Shown in pieces: positions 63,200 to 64,000 of a stretch of 64,000 nt of DNA. The DNA is from the human T2T-CHM13v2.0 reference genome, Homo sapiens. Position numbers and translations under genes: made by a program. The stretch lies in assembly GCA_009914755.4 (NCBI GenBank), contig CP068257.2, positions 8,736,001 through 8,800,000 on the forward strand. Direction: 5' to 3'. The notes beneath the pieces were generated by a model. The model searched no databases. It worked only from the letters and a program-made list of their open reading frames with translations, and was not told the DNA's origin. How positions within the stretch are numbered: the stretch's first letter is position 1; each line of letters starts with the position of its first letter.

Positions 63200-64000
63200 A
63201 AAAACTAATTATGAGCAGTTTGGAAATTCCGTTGTTGTAGAATCTGCAAAGGGATATTTGTGAGTGCTTTGAGGCCATGGTGAAAAAGGAAATACCTTCA
63301 CATAAAAACTATAAAGAAGGTTTCTGAGAAACTGCTCTGTGATGTGTGCATTCATCTCACTGAGTTAAACGTTTCATTCCTTTGATCAGTCTGGAAACTC
63401 TGTTCTTGTACAATCTGCAAAATGGTATTTGTGAGTGCTTTGAGGCCTATGGTGAAAAAGGAGATATCTTCACATAAAAACTAGACAGACGCTTTCTGAG
63501 AAACTACTTTGTGACATGTGCATTCATCTCACAGAGTTAAACCATTCTTTTGATTGAAATGCTTGGAAATGGTGTTTGTGTAGAATCTGCAGAGGGATAT
63601 TTGTGAGAGCTTTGAGGCCTATGGTGAAAAAGGAAATATCTTCACATAAAAATTAGAAAGAAGGTTTATGAGAATCTGCTTTGTGATGTGTGCATTCATC
63701 TCACAGAGGTAAATGTTTATTTTCATTGAGCAAATGAGAAACTCTTTTCTTGTAGAATCTGCAAAGGGATATTTGTGAGCAGTTTGAGGCCTATGGTGAA
63801 AAAGGAAATATCATCACATAAAAACTTGACAGAAGTTTCTGAGAAACTTCCTGGTTATGTATGCATTCATCTCACAGAGTTAAACTATTCTTTTGATTGA
63901 GCAGTTTGGAAACAGTATTTTTGTAGAATCGACAAAGGGATATTTGTGAGTGCTTGGAGGCCAATGGTGAAAAAGGAAATATCTTCACATAAAAACTAGA
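63200..64000. repeat. Alpha satellite, ~4.6 divergent ~171-bp monomers (monomeric, not a higher-order repeat)
   Basis: Recurring tgtagaatctgcaaagggatatttgtgagtgctttgaggcc(t)atggtgaaaaaggaaatatcttcacataaaaactagacagaag...ttctgagaaactgctttgtgatgtgtgcattcatctcacagagttaaac with periodicity of about 171 bp (monomer starts near 63241, 63411, 63583, 63755 and 63928). Monomers differ substantially from one another. Confidence 0.9.

Overview
This window is primate (almost certainly human) nuclear DNA, not a prokaryotic locus. There is no operon structure and no credible protein-coding gene. Nearly every ORF in the supplied track is either an L1 ORF1/ORF2 remnant or a stop-poor artefact of GC-rich or CT-rich low-complexity sequence. 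Two parts:

- **Positions 1-25,600** are ordinary interspersed-repeat landscape: many Alu elements of both orientations, MaLR/THE1-type LTRs, and a full-length but ORF-disrupted L1PA (17025-23145, minus strand) nested inside an older L1 and flanked by a target-site duplication. There are also a 37-bp-unit minisatellite and a 62-bp-unit tandem repeat.

- **Positions ~25,600-61,325** hold the interesting content: a GC-rich block ending in a diverged, truncated copy of a ribosomal DNA unit. A CDC27 processed pseudogene (51.7-53.7 kb, minus) followed by an Alu cluster matches the hallmark arrangement just upstream of the human 45S rDNA promoter. After these comes ~2 kb of 5'ETS-like sequence, a complete but decayed 18S copy (57392-59260, roughly 8% diverged, mostly CpG transitions, plus small indels), ITS1, a 5.8S copy (60317-60472) and ITS2-like sequence that stops at ~61325 with no 28S. 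Upstream there are IGS-like features: two ~2.1-kb direct duplicates with internal CT tracts, about 2.7 kb of (TCTCTG)-type pyrimidine tracts, and a Tigger1 fragment interrupted by an LTR12 solo LTR. After ~1.9 kb of AT-rich sequence, the window ends in monomeric alpha satellite (63200-64000).

The best interpretation is a silenced, promoter-less, 28S-less rDNA pseudo-unit (spacer + 5'ETS + 18S + ITS1 + 5.8S + partial ITS2) sitting next to pericentromeric alpha satellite. All calls come from reading the sequence and recalled consensus sequences. No BLAST, Dfam or RepeatMasker could be run, so boundaries are approximate (about +/-15 bp) and repeat subfamily names are tentative.
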